Positions 8,448 through 17,811 of a stretch of 64,000 nucleotides of DNA are shown piece after piece (within the stretch, counting starts at the first letter, position 1; each line of letters opens with the position of its first letter). The notes beneath the pieces are model-generated. The model made no database searches. It was not told the origin of the DNA and saw nothing but the letters and a program-made list of their open reading frames with translations. Both the position numbers and the translations under genes were made by a program. Where the stretch lies: contig RFTL01000001.1 of NCBI GenBank assembly GCA_009923455.1, positions 1,559 through 65,558 of the forward strand, read 5' to 3'. Source of the stretch: Actinomycetota bacterium (lineage in GTDB: Bacteria; Actinomycetota; Actinomycetes; Actinomycetales; Microbacteriaceae).

Positions 8448-8562
8448 AGACAAGACCTCTAGATTACCGTTTCTTGTTCTGCCAATTCGTGCCTCCCTGG
8501 CTAGTTTTCGACTCTCTTAGACCCCAAGGGGTATCTCGTCAGCTGGCTCCTAGGATTTAGGG

Positions 8563-11500
8563 GTGGACTTCTCAACTCTCAAAAGCGATCTCGAGCAGAT
8601 TGGTGGCACCAATCCGCTGAGACATTTTGAGGTTTCGAGCTTCGGGCAGATTGACCTATCAAGAGCGCACCCAGGGGGCATGGCTCAACTGGTGTCAGCT
8701 CGTCAAACCACGGTTTCAAATCTTGTGAGAGATGGTGTTGCTCAAGCTCGATCACTTAGTGCGGCAAGGCGCATTCGAGCCAAGGCAAAAAGAATCAGTG
8801 ATTCCTTCGGTGTCGCGGCTTGCTTTATATCCGCGGGTTTGATTGTCCATGCCGAGCGCAAAATTCCACTGGCTTTGTGGCCGGTGGATCTGGTCTCTAA
8901 GGGTGATGATTTTGAGATTCGACTCGGATTGGAGCCAAGCCTAAATCCTGAGGCAACCACTCTGATTCGCAGCCAACGCCCCGATTTTCAAGAGCGCGAT
9001 CTGCTGGCAATCATTCGATTGGGACCCGACCTACTGCCGCTAGCAGCAGTTCCTTTTGTTGAATCCCAGCTATCTCAGTTGGGGGTTGCTGTAGAGCCAG
9101 CGCTGGTGCTTGGAAACTTTGTCCCAGACCTATTGCTCAGTTCTATACCAAGTGAGCCAAGACTCAGTTTCGAACAACCTCAGTCAGGCGCGGTGGGTGA
9201 ACCAGTCTTAGTTGCAGACGCAGATAGCTATCAGATCAAGGTTATGAAGGCTGCAATGGCGGGCGAGTCGTTCGCAGTTGAGACCTTGCCTGGCACCGGC
9301 TACATCCAAACGGCAATCAACGTCCTTGCGAACCTCACGCTGGCCGGTAAGCGGACGCTGATCATCGCCCCAAGAGAACAGACCGTGGATGAGTTTGCCG
9401 AGCGGCTCTCCCAGTTTTCGCTTGGAGGCCTGGCAATCAGAAGCTCGGATTTGTGGGCTGACACAGTTGCAGCAATCTCAAGAAACGAAAAGGCTCGCGC
9501 AGTTGATCTTCAGGCGCTCACGTTGAAGGTGAAATCGGCTGAGGCAGAAGTCAAAAACTATTTCGACAAAGTCTCACAGCCCGATGCGCAAATTGAAGTT
9601 TCGCTAACTGAGGCACTCACGAAACTTGCCGCTCTGGCTGGTCTTGATAACCCGCCAACCAATGCGGCCAGGATTCGCCCGGACATGCTTAGCCAGCTTC
9701 GCGAATCAGGGGCAGAAATCGTTGAGAATGCTCACGCAGGTGGCGTATTCAGTTTTGGTCCGCAGCACTCACCCTGGTTCAACTCGGCATTCGCGAACCA
9801 GGCCGAGTTGGACGTCGCCGTGGCAGCGGCCAAGAGTATTGCGGGGGAGGAATTCCGACTCCTTAGCTATCAGGTGAACAGATACCTGCAGGATCAAAAT
9901 CTGATTCCCTCAAACTCCATCGAAGACTGGTCGAGACAACTCAGTCTGCTGATTGGCATTCGCGAAACGCTCGATAAATTCAAGCCACAGATCTTTGACA
10001 GATCTCTCAGAGAGATGATTCTTGCAACCGCACCACGTGGTGAGCGTGGTGAGCTCTCGGGAGCACAAAGGCGCCGCTTTAAAAAGCTCGCCAAGGAGTT
10101 CATCAGACCAGGCGCAGCTATTCCTAACCTGCATGCATCACTGGCTGCGGCTGAAGAGCAGCGTGTTTTGTGGTTGGAGGTAAACACCACGCAAGCGCCG
10201 CCAACTGTGCCCCTTGGACTAAACGACACAAAGCAAAAGTTTGATCAGATATACCAGGTCGTCAGCTTGCTGCAGCGACACCTAGACCCCAATCCAGATT
10301 TGCCGCTGCTAACAAAACTTAGCTTTGATGATTTGGCAAAGCGGCTTCTTGAACTAGCGGAGCAAACCGAAATTCTCAGCGGTTATCTGGAGCGAATGGG
10401 TCACGTTGAGCAGCTCAGACAGCAGGGACTTTACGATCTTTATCTTGAGCTTTCGAAACTCAGTCCGGACTTAGAGCGCGCACAAGCTGAGTTTGAACTT
10501 TGCTGGTGGCAATCTGCCCTTGAGGCCGTCGTTGCTTCGAACCCAGAGATTTTGGAATATGACGCCGAGCGCATCGCCCAGCTGGAGTCCGGTTTCGAAG
10601 AGCTATCTGGTCAATTGGTCGTGACCGGAAATCATCACCTAGCGAGTGCGTTAGCAAACCGTTGGAAAGAGGCGTTGCAAAAGCATCCAGCGCAAGCGGA
10701 TGAGCTCAGGTCTCAGCTCAGGGCTCGAAAACTTGATGTCGCAACTGCCAAGCGCGCTGGTGCGGTTTGGGATGCAATAGCACCAAATTTGTTCACCTCG
10801 CCACTAAAGGTTCATGCGCTCGGTGGCTATCGATTTGACAGCCTGTTGGTGCTGGATGCGGCAGCTACTGGTGTGGCGGAGGCAGCGACTGCGCTAAAAC
10901 TCGCAAATCAGGTAATTGCCTTCGGCGATCCGGTCATTTCTGCACCTGAGAATTTCGAAACCATCGCTAGAGCAAATCAGGGCGTGATCGAGTCGTCCCG
11001 CTACTCAGTGTTTGATTTTGTGAGTGCAAATTGCTCAAGCTACGCCTTGCAGAAGAGTTATCGAATTCAAGGTCAGGTGCTCGGCCAATACCTGAACCAG
11101 ACCTTCTATCACGACCGACTGGTTATTGAGCCCAGTGCCGAGGCGTTCCACGGTGCATCAAATCTCGAGCAGATTGAAATCACCTCAAATGCCAATGCCG
11201 AGTCAACAATCGAAGGCGCAACTGAGTCTTTGGACTCTGAGGTTGAAAAGGTAGTTGAGCTGGTGATTAATCACGCTCGCTGGAATCCGCAGGATTCGCT
11301 CATGGTCGTAACTCCATCCCGCACTCACGCGGAGCGAGTAGCCACTGCGGTGCAGAAAGAAGTCAACCTGCAGCCTCAGCTTGCCGAATACTTTGATGCC
11401 CATGGTCGCGAGCGGTTCGAAGTTCTTGCAATGAGCGAGATTGTGCATCGAATTGCTGATCGAGTGATCTTCAGTGTTGGTTTTGGTCGAACCCCAGAGG

Positions 11501-12117
11501 GTCGAATCTCTGGATCGCTGGGAGATTTCAATTCCCCTCATGCGGCTCGCTGGATGGTGAATCAGATTGCCTCAGCGAGAAAGCGCTTGACGGTTGTCTC
11601 CTGCTATAACTTTGAGGATTTTGCCGGCGGTTCACTGCCTGAGAATCAACGATGGCTCAAAGATTTGATTGCCCCACCCTTTATGTCTGAAGCTCGCCCT
11701 GGAGAACCAGATCCGCTGCTTCGAGACCTAGCTCTCAGGCTTCGAAAACTCGGGGTTCGAGTAGAGCTGAACTTTGCGGGAAGAATTGCCCTGGCTGCCT
11801 CCTATCGAAATCAAGCTGCCGCCATTGACCCAGATTGGTCACTGACCGGAAACAACTGGGATGAGCGACTGAGGCTCAGACCGGCGCTCCTTAGGGCCAT
11901 GGGTTGGAAGTATTTGCGCGTGCACGCGTTTGAGATTTTTGCCACCCCGCAAGAAGTAGCTAATCGAATCGCGGCATCTTTGGGGTTGGACCTGGTTTCC
12001 AAGCGCGAGCCACTTTTTGAAGAGAAGGCTTTCGAGGACAACCCAAGAGCCTGGGGTGATGGTGATGACTCGAATGACGATCGACTCAGAAATGAAAGAC
12101 CACCCCACTGGGGCTAG
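8563..12117 (+). CDS. large SF1 (Upf1/DNA2-like, DUF4011-type) helicase-like protein with degenerate ATPase motifs
   Basis: 1184 aa. The N-terminal region resembles DUF4011. TLPGTGYIQTAINVLANLTLAGKRTLIIAP aligns to the usual GPPGTGKSQT...GKxVL block but lacks the Lys and Ser. LVLDAAAT sits where motif II DEAxQ is expected. The C-terminus WKYLRVHAFEIF looks like the family's nuclease-related tail. Confidence 0.75.
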   Translation: MDFSTLKSDLEQIGGTNPLRHFEVSSFGQIDLSRAHPGGMAQLVSARQTTVSNLVRDGVAQARSLSAARRIRAKAKRISDSFGVAACFISAGLIVHAERKIPLALWPVDLVSKGDDFEIRLGLEPSLNPEATTLIRSQRPDFQERDLLAIIRLGPDLLPLAAVPFVESQLSQLGVAVEPALVLGNFVPDLLLSSIPSEPRLSFEQPQSGAVGEPVLVADADSYQIKVMKAAMAGESFAVETLPGTGYIQTAINVLANLTLAGKRTLIIAPREQTVDEFAERLSQFSLGGLAIRSSDLWADTVAAISRNEKARAVDLQALTLKVKSAEAEVKNYFDKVSQPDAQIEVSLTEALTKLAALAGLDNPPTNAARIRPDMLSQLRESGAEIVENAHAGGVFSFGPQHSPWFNSAFANQAELDVAVAAAKSIAGEEFRLLSYQVNRYLQDQNLIPSNSIEDWSRQLSLLIGIRETLDKFKPQIFDRSLREMILATAPRGERGELSGAQRRRFKKLAKEFIRPGAAIPNLHASLAAAEEQRVLWLEVNTTQAPPTVPLGLNDTKQKFDQIYQVVSLLQRHLDPNPDLPLLTKLSFDDLAKRLLELAEQTEILSGYLERMGHVEQLRQQGLYDLYLELSKLSPDLERAQAEFELCWWQSALEAVVASNPEILEYDAERIAQLESGFEELSGQLVVTGNHHLASALANRWKEALQKHPAQADELRSQLRARKLDVATAKRAGAVWDAIAPNLFTSPLKVHALGGYRFDSLLVLDAAATGVAEAATALKLANQVIAFGDPVISAPENFETIARANQGVIESSRYSVFDFVSANCSSYALQKSYRIQGQVLGQYLNQTFYHDRLVIEPSAEAFHGASNLEQIEITSNANAESTIEGATESLDSEVEKVVELVINHARWNPQDSLMVVTPSRTHAERVATAVQKEVNLQPQLAEYFDAHGRERFEVLAMSEIVHRIADRVIFSVGFGRTPEGRISGSLGDFNSPHAARWMVNQIASARKRLTVVSCYNFEDFAGGSLPENQRWLKDLIAPPFMSEARPGEPDPLLRDLALRLRKLGVRVELNFAGRIALAASYRNQAAAIDPDWSLTGNNWDERLRLRPALLRAMGWKYLRVHAFEIFATPQEVANRIAASLGLDLVSKREPLFEEKAFEDNPRAWGDGDDSNDDRLRNERPPHWG

Positions 12118-12311
12118 TCGCCAGAGCTAGATGACCCTGCGGAGTCAGTTCTGTAGAAGCCAGAACCTTTGAAGGTAACTCCGAGATTTCCAAACTGTTT
12201 GCGCAGCTCACCACCGCACTTTTCACACTTTTCCAGTGGCTTATCCGAGAAGGACTGCTGAATGTCGAATGCGTGCGAGCAGCCCTTGCAGACATACGAG
12301 TAAGTAGGCAA
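12114..12311 (-). CDS. FmdB-family zinc-ribbon protein
   Basis: 65 aa. MPTYSYVCKGCSHAFDIQQSFSD..EKCEKCGGELRKQF is the CxxC..CxxC FmdB signature. Confidence 0.9.
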   Translation of the reverse strand: MPTYSYVCKGCSHAFDIQQSFSDKPLEKCEKCGGELRKQFGNLGVTFKGSGFYRTDSAGSSSSGD

Positions 12312-12347
12312 TTTTCCTCCTGAAGAAGCTAAGTCTAGAGAGTTCGA

Positions 12348-12872
12348 TCAGTTCCTGAAGTAATTGATTGCTGAGGGCGAAATTGCGCCGTCGACCTTCT
12401 GATCGTGAGATTCGGTTGGCAAGGATTCCAAGTATTCAGCATCGAAAATCACCGCGAACTTGGGACACTCTATTTTTGCTAGCGCGCGATCGTAGAAACC
12501 CTTGCCTTTACCCAAGCGATTTCCCGACGCATCTATCGCAAGTGCCGGAACCAGAATTAGGTCCAGCGAATTTAGATTTACTGCCGCTCCGCTGGGCTCT
12601 TGGATGCCAAAAGCCCCCAGCGCAACTTCACCGGATGCAAACACAAGGTCATCATTTTCGATCCGAGGAAGCAACAGAGTTCTCCCGGTGGCTACCACCC
12701 AAGCGTTGAATTCGCTGGTGTCAGGCTCAGATTGAAGCGATTGGTAACTCGCGACCTTGGTAGCGCCTAATTCCATCGCCACTCGGACCAAGTTTGCAAA
12801 CAAGCCCTCACTCGAATGCGGTCGAGCACCCTGAAGTTGTTGCCTAAGAATGGCCTTGTCTTGAGTTTGCAT
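12348..12872 (-). CDS. 5-formyltetrahydrofolate cyclo-ligase
   Basis: C-terminal LILVPALAIDASGNRLGKGKGFYDR is the MTHFS signature. The start is moved to ATG 12872 (MQTQDKAILRQQL), because the longer ORF would overlap the divergent GNAT gene. Confidence 0.8.
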   Translation of the reverse strand: MQTQDKAILRQQLQGARPHSSEGLFANLVRVAMELGATKVASYQSLQSEPDTSEFNAWVVATGRTLLLPRIENDDLVFASGEVALGAFGIQEPSGAAVNLNSLDLILVPALAIDASGNRLGKGKGFYDRALAKIECPKFAVIFDAEYLESLPTESHDQKVDGAISPSAINYFRN

Positions 12873-12923
12873 AGGGGTAATCTTGCCAGCGTGGCTCAGA
12901 AACAGCGACTCGAACATGGTGAG

Positions 12924-13460
12924 GTGGTGGTTCGTAAGCTGTCGCGTCTTGATTATCCAGCACTCGATTACCTGCTGCATTCGGATCGAGAATGGCTCGA
13001 GCCTTGGGAGGCGACCACTCCTGGAATTAGAACTGCGCTCGATGTTAGGTGGCTAATCGGGGCGCTCCTAAAGCAGCATCGCAAGGGTGAGACTCTGGCG
13101 TTTGTGATTGTCTATCAAGATCAGGTAGTTGGTCAGCTGAATGTCTCAAACATTCTTTTCGGTTCCATCTGCTCCGGAACCATTGGTTACTGGATCGCCA
13201 AAGAGTTTGCCGGGCTGGGTATCACACCCAAGGCCGTCGCGCTAGTTCTCGACTACCTATTGGGTGAGTATGGATTGCACCGAGTTGAGATCGACATAAA
13301 GCCCGAAAATCAAGCCAGTTTGCGAGTGGTTCAGAAGCTGAAGCTTCGTCACGAGGGGACCAAACTTCGATACATAAACATCAACGGAAAGTGGTCTGAT
13401 CACGAGGTGTTTGCGATAACCAAAGAAGAGCTAAAAGGTTCGATGCTCGACAGGCTTTGA
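12924..13460 (+). CDS. GNAT N-acetyltransferase (RimJ/RimL-like)
   Basis: VGQLNVSNI...GYWIAKEFAGLGITPKAV..L..EYGLHRVEIDIKPEN..S is an acetyl-CoA-binding GNAT fold pattern. A GTG start near 12924 is inferred; the ORF-track start at 12816 is probably too long. Confidence 0.75.
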   Translation: MVVRKLSRLDYPALDYLLHSDREWLEPWEATTPGIRTALDVRWLIGALLKQHRKGETLAFVIVYQDQVVGQLNVSNILFGSICSGTIGYWIAKEFAGLGITPKAVALVLDYLLGEYGLHRVEIDIKPENQASLRVVQKLKLRHEGTKLRYININGKWSDHEVFAITKEELKGSMLDRL

Positions 13461-13508
13461 AACACGCCTTAGGCATGCAACAAAAAGTTCTTTTCAGGAC
13501 ATATCTTT

Positions 13509-14108
13509 TTGTTTGTGGGTAACTCAATCGGACTAGGCGGAATCAGCCTGGTAATTGCTGCGGTTGTCTGGTTGCTCATTTTCGTTCCTGGTTATGCGAA
13601 TCGATCACAGCTCAAGGCCTCCGAGCAACTAGTTCGTAACGAGCAAAAGCAAATCCGCGCGAATGTGCCACTGAGTGTTGATCAGAGATTGCAAAGACTT
13701 ATCAATACCCAACGTGGTTTCTCACTGTTTTTTGGCTTCGGTGTTTTAGCAGCAATCGCGAGCGCGGTCATGGCAGCCGGTGATGGCTTTTGGTGGATTG
13801 CATTTGCAATCATCACCCCGATTTCTTTACTTGCACTCTTTGTTCAGCGCGCTGCTGGTAACCAAGCCGCAAAGCTCGCATCACAACGTCAACGCGAACG
13901 AGTTTCAGTTCGTGCCCAAGCGCAGCGACAGGTGAGACAGCCTCAGTCAAGAGAGTGGACGCCCAACCGACTCCCTGCCCCACTGGCCTCAAACCAAATC
14001 GGTGAGCTCGCAGCACCACTGGCGGATGTAATTGAAATTCAAAACCCCAAGAAGGCACTAACAAGTTCCGAGATAGACGCAATACTGGCTCGGCGCCGAG
14101 CAATTTAG
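13509..14108 (+). CDS. hypothetical membrane protein
   Basis: 199 aa with an N-terminal TM helix, two central TM helices and a Gln/Arg-rich tail. No motif recognised. Confidence 0.6.
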   Translation: MFVGNSIGLGGISLVIAAVVWLLIFVPGYANRSQLKASEQLVRNEQKQIRANVPLSVDQRLQRLINTQRGFSLFFGFGVLAAIASAVMAAGDGFWWIAFAIITPISLLALFVQRAAGNQAAKLASQRQRERVSVRAQAQRQVRQPQSREWTPNRLPAPLASNQIGELAAPLADVIEIQNPKKALTSSEIDAILARRRAI

Positions 14109-14166
14109 CATTTATCCCTTAGGCTTTTCCCGATTTCCCCACCTAACTAATTTGGAGCATAAAAAA

Positions 14167-14717
14167 ATGGGTCTGTTCGATTCAATCAAGAATCTTGTAA
14201 AGAAGACTTCCTCTACCGCAGCCAAGGAGGCCCCTGCTGTTGTGAAGGAGGCCGAGGCTCTCGTTGAGAAGAGCGTCAAGGCTGCAACCGATCTTGCAAC
14301 TGACGTTGCCAAGGAAACCCTCACTGCCGTTGAAAAGGGTGCCAAGACTGTAGCCAAGAGCGCAGCGTCTGCTCGCAAGGCAACTACTGCCAAGAAGCCA
14401 GCTGCGAAGAAAGCTCCTGCAAGAAGACCACCGCTGCAAAGCCAGCCGCTAAGAAGACCACTGCTGCAAAGCCTGCGGCGAAGAAGGCAACCACCGCTAA
14501 GCCTGCTGCGAAGAAGGCAACTGCTGCGAAGAAGCCTGCAGCTAAGAAGACCACTGCCGCAAAGCCAGCCGCAAAGAAGACCACTGCCGCAAAGCCTGCT
14601 GCTAAGAAGACCACTGCAGCCAAGCCTGCTGCAAAGAAGGCGACTACCGCTAAGCCTGCTGCGAAGAAGGCAACTGCTGCGAAGAAGCCTGCAGCCAAGA
14701 AGCCAGCGGCTAAGTAA
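14167..14717 (+). CDS. Lys/Ala/Pro-rich histone-H1-like repeat protein, frame change near 14419-14423
   Basis: ATG 14167 lies after GGAG. The N-terminal 85 aa are in the ORF-track frame. From 14421 the sensible reading (KKTTAAKPAA)n is in the -1 frame and ends at TAA 14715-14717. The ORF-track frame instead gives an Arg/Leu/Gln repeat built from rare AGA/AGG/CTA codons. Confidence 0.65.
14395..14714 (+). repeat. coding tandem repeat (about 30-33-nt units, 153-nt higher-order duplication)
   Basis: Units encode KKTTAAKPAA, KKATTAKPAA or KKATAAKKPAA. An exact 50-nt repeat occurs at 14493-14542 and 14646-14695. Confidence 0.9.
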
Positions 14718-15602
14718 CTAGCTCAAGACGTATCCCACCGATTTCTCAAGAGTCGGGTGTTTGAATTCAAACCCCGTCTCAAGAAGTCGGTGGGATGTCA
14801 TTTTCTGGGAGCACAACAAAAGCTCTTCCGCCGCGATGCCAATCATTGTTCGCATCACGAAACTTGGAATGCGGAAAAATGCTGGTCGTCTCAAACCTTT
14901 GGCTAGTGCCTTGATGACCTGCTCACAAGTTGCTGGTTCTGGGGCGGTGAGGTTATAGGGGCCCGAGGCATCGTCATTTTGAATGAGGTGGATGATTGCG
15001 CGAGCCTCGTCTTCGAGACTAATCCAGGCCCACCACTGCTTGCCGGATCCAAGTGCGCCACCAACACCCAGTTTCAAAATCGGAAGCAACTTTCCGAGCG
15101 CCCCTAGTTTCTTGCTCATCACCAATGTGGTTCTCACCAGCACCACGCGTGTGGCTGCCTTCTTAGCTTCTTCTTCCCAGTCGGCAGCCAAGTCGGAGAG
15201 AAAACCAGTGCCCTTCGGGCTGGATTCGCTCAGTTCCTGATCGCCACAATCGCCATAAAAGCCAGACGCAGAACCAGAGACTAAGACCTTCGGCTTGTTT
15301 TTTGCAGCGTTGATTGCGTTGACCAAAGTCCTAGTGGAATCAATCCTTGAGCTAACAATTTCTCGCATGTATTTCTTGGTCCAAGGAATCTTGCCGGTTG
15401 TAGCACCTGCCAGGTTGACCACAGCATCGATGCTTTCCATCAGGCTTGGGTCTAGCACACCTTTACTGGGGTTCCAGAAAACTTCGGAGTCGTTCTTTGG
15501 TGTTGAGCGAGTTAGCAAAACCGGTGCGTGCCCGAGTTCTCGAAGCTGTCTGGCTACCTCGGTGCCAATCAATCCCGATGCTCCAGAAATCAATACCCGC
15601 AT
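14718..15602 (-). CDS. TIGR01777-type epimerase-family SDR protein (YfcH-like)
   Basis: 294 aa. Has an N-terminal Rossmann motif MRVLISGASGLIGTEV and a C-terminal DUF1731-like end. Confidence 0.8.
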   Translation of the reverse strand: MRVLISGASGLIGTEVARQLRELGHAPVLLTRSTPKNDSEVFWNPSKGVLDPSLMESIDAVVNLAGATTGKIPWTKKYMREIVSSRIDSTRTLVNAINAAKNKPKVLVSGSASGFYGDCGDQELSESSPKGTGFLSDLAADWEEEAKKAATRVVLVRTTLVMSKKLGALGKLLPILKLGVGGALGSGKQWWAWISLEDEARAIIHLIQNDDASGPYNLTAPEPATCEQVIKALAKGLRRPAFFRIPSFVMRTMIGIAAEELLLCSQKMTSHRLLETGFEFKHPTLEKSVGYVLS

Positions 15603-15678
15603 AACCGCCTACTTCCTTCGCTAATACCTACAATTACTCCTTGTTGATTATTCCGCCCTGGCGGAGAACGGATTTCTC

Positions 15679-16659
15679 TTGAACGTCGAACTTTGGGTAT
15701 GGATTGCAACGATTGCGGTATTGGTTGGAATCCTTGCCGCCGACTTCATCTATCAATTCAAAAACCCTCACGAGCCGACTCTCAAAGAGTCCGCGATTCA
15801 GGTTTCGATTTATGTGACCTTGGCTTTGCTTTTCACCTTCGTGGTTGGTGGAGTCTGGGGTCCGCAATACGCTGCGGAATACATTGCAGGCTGGGTCACC
15901 GAATACAGCCTGAGCGTGGATAACATCTTCGTCTTTCTGATCATCTTCACCCAGTTTGTGGTTCCAAGAGAGCTCCGCTCCCAAGCTCTGCTAATTGGTA
16001 TTGCGATTGCGCTGCTATTGCGCTTTATCTTCATCATGCTTGGCGCTGCATTTATCGAGAACTTCAGCTGGGCATTCTATGTTTTTGGTGCCTTCTTGAT
16101 CTTTACCGCTATCAAGCTAATTCGTGAGTTTTTCCATGAAGGTGAAGATGATTCCAATGAAGCCGGTGGGCTGGTCAAGTTCATCAAAAAGCGCATTCCT
16201 ACAGCCGACGATTACCACGGCAACAAGTTCATCGTTACCCTCCAGGGGAAAAAGCACATCACACCGCTACTTTTGGTGATGATCTCAATCGGCTTCACTG
16301 ATCTGCTGTTTGCTCTGGACTCGATTCCTGCCGTTTACGGACTAACCAACGAGCCATATATCGTCTTTGTGGCGAACGCATTCGCTCTGTTGGGACTCAG
16401 ACAGCTTTACTTCCTACTGGGCGGCCTGATGGAGCGATTGAAGTATCTGAGCATCGGCTTGAGCATCATCCTGGCTTGGATTGGTTTGAAGCTTGTGATT
16501 CACGCACTTCACAAAAACGAACTGCCATTTATCAATGGCGGCGAACACGTCACCTTTATCCCAGAGATATCTACAGAACTGTCACTGACAGTGATCATCC
16601 TGACCTTGGTTATCACAACTATCTGGTCACTGGCAGCGACAACTAAGTCGCGGGCTTAG
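15679..16659 (+). CDS. TerC-family integral membrane protein
   Basis: 326 aa and polytopic. EYSLSVDNIFVF and FALDSIPAV are the paired TerC motifs. Confidence 0.85.
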   Translation: MNVELWVWIATIAVLVGILAADFIYQFKNPHEPTLKESAIQVSIYVTLALLFTFVVGGVWGPQYAAEYIAGWVTEYSLSVDNIFVFLIIFTQFVVPRELRSQALLIGIAIALLLRFIFIMLGAAFIENFSWAFYVFGAFLIFTAIKLIREFFHEGEDDSNEAGGLVKFIKKRIPTADDYHGNKFIVTLQGKKHITPLLLVMISIGFTDLLFALDSIPAVYGLTNEPYIVFVANAFALLGLRQLYFLLGGLMERLKYLSIGLSIILAWIGLKLVIHALHKNELPFINGGEHVTFIPEISTELSLTVIILTLVITTIWSLAATTKSRA

Positions 16660-17801
16660 CCAATTCGCTTGGCCGCAAATAGCGCGGCCAACAAAGTGGC
16701 AAAGCCAAATACAACCGATACCAGCAGCGCCGCCTCGGGAGCAACTGCATCAACCGATATACCGGCAAGGGCACTGCCCGCAGAAAAGCCAACCAGCTGA
16801 CCGGTTGTGGTCCAGCCGTAAGCTTCAGCAGTCTCAGAGCCGGAGGTGCCCTGTGCGACCCAAAGCGCCAAGATGCCAAGTGTCGGCGCAACGCCAATAC
16901 CAGCCACAAACAGCGCCGCACCAACCCAGATTGGATCGGCAGAGTTCAGTGGAATTAGGACGTAGCCCAGCAGGGTAATACCCAAGAAAATCGGCAATGC
17001 TCGTCTGCCTTTGACTCTGGGGGCTAACAGAAAACCCGAGAGCAGCGATCCAACCGAGAAAACGGCGAACATGATGCCCGCGGTTTGCTTATCGAATAGT
17101 GCAACCGCCCCAACTTCGACGCCGGCAAAAGAACCAACGAAAAGCAGGCCTAAAAATGTAACTGCGGTAACACTTGGGTTTTTCAGGACACGACCAACCG
17201 AAGTTTTTGAAACTGGAATCTTTGCGGTTGCAACCGACCTGTTTGTCAAAATCCAAATCGAACCAAAGATCTGAATTGCTCCGATTGTGATGAGCATTGC
17301 AAGGTTGCCAAATTGCGCAGCAACCAAGGTCGCAACCAGAGGACCTATGACCCAAATGATCTCCTGGGCTGCAGCATCTAGCGAGTAAAGCTGAGGTAGA
17401 AGTGGCTTTGGAGTTATTTGCGGATATATGGTTCGGGCTGCCGGCTGAATCGGTGGCGAGGAGAGCCCCACCATAAACGACAGAAAAACCAGAAGCAGAG
17501 GCTCTGGTGGCACGAATCCCATGGCTAGGAATGAGCTTGTGGTGACGAGCGTTGAAATTGCAATTACTTTTCTCACGCCGAACCGTGCCATGTAGCGGGC
17601 GAGAATCGGGCCTGAGATAGACGCCCCGATGGTCTCTGCTCCGAGGGCAATTCCCGCAATCGCGTAGGAGCCAGTGAGTTCTTGGATGTGAATGATTAGC
17701 GCGAGCGAAAGCATGCCAAATGGAAATCTCGCTACCAGCTGCGCCAGGAGCAGAATCACCGATTGCGGAGCAGCCGCAAGCGACCCAATACCCTTTTCCA
17801 C
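16656..17801 (-). CDS. MFS transporter
   Basis: 381 aa with about 12 hydrophobic segments. The loop motif ARYMARFGVRKV lies between TM2 and TM3. Confidence 0.75.
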   Translation of the reverse strand: MEKGIGSLAAAPQSVILLLAQLVARFPFGMLSLALIIHIQELTGSYAIAGIALGAETIGASISGPILARYMARFGVRKVIAISTLVTTSSFLAMGFVPPEPLLLVFLSFMVGLSSPPIQPAARTIYPQITPKPLLPQLYSLDAAAQEIIWVIGPLVATLVAAQFGNLAMLITIGAIQIFGSIWILTNRSVATAKIPVSKTSVGRVLKNPSVTAVTFLGLLFVGSFAGVEVGAVALFDKQTAGIMFAVFSVGSLLSGFLLAPRVKGRRALPIFLGITLLGYVLIPLNSADPIWVGAALFVAGIGVAPTLGILALWVAQGTSGSETAEAYGWTTTGQLVGFSAGSALAGISVDAVAPEAALLVSVVFGFATLLAALFAAKRIG

Positions 17802-17811
17802 TCAGCCTCTT

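Noticed and set aside
8224-8450. Genomic-island or integration signature at tRNA-Arg; likewise at tRNA-Gln (26045) and the UAA tRNA (40796). Also the ORFs overlapping the tRNAs (8224..8406, 40668..40915)
   Set aside because: There is no integrase, recombinase or duplicated tRNA 3' segment nearby, and the flanking genes are core and syntenic. The overlapping ORFs are simply tRNA complements.
14400-14440. Programmed -1 ribosomal frameshifting in the Lys-repeat gene, and +1 frameshifting in prs at 28383-28394
   Set aside because: Neither junction has an X XXY YYZ slippery heptamer, an RF2-like stop or SD stimulator, or a downstream pseudoknot. An indel (error or mutation) is the simpler explanation.
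14384-14698. 104-aa minus-strand ORF (MAAGFFAAVAFFAAGLAVV...) antisense to the Lys/Ala repeat
   Set aside because: It is open only because the complement of AAG/GCN repeats lacks stop codons. The product is a pure Ala/Phe/Gly repeat with no start context, which makes it a compositional artefact of the repeat.
14395-14714. CRISPR-like periodicity
   Set aside because: The only periodic sequence in the window is this coding Lys/Ala tandem repeat. It has no unique spacers and no cas genes.
15603-15678. yybP-ykoY (Mn2+) riboswitch upstream of the TerC-family gene
   Set aside because: The spacer is only 76 nt. It contains a small CCGC/GCGG hairpin, but I could not recognise the conserved four-way-junction sequence blocks.
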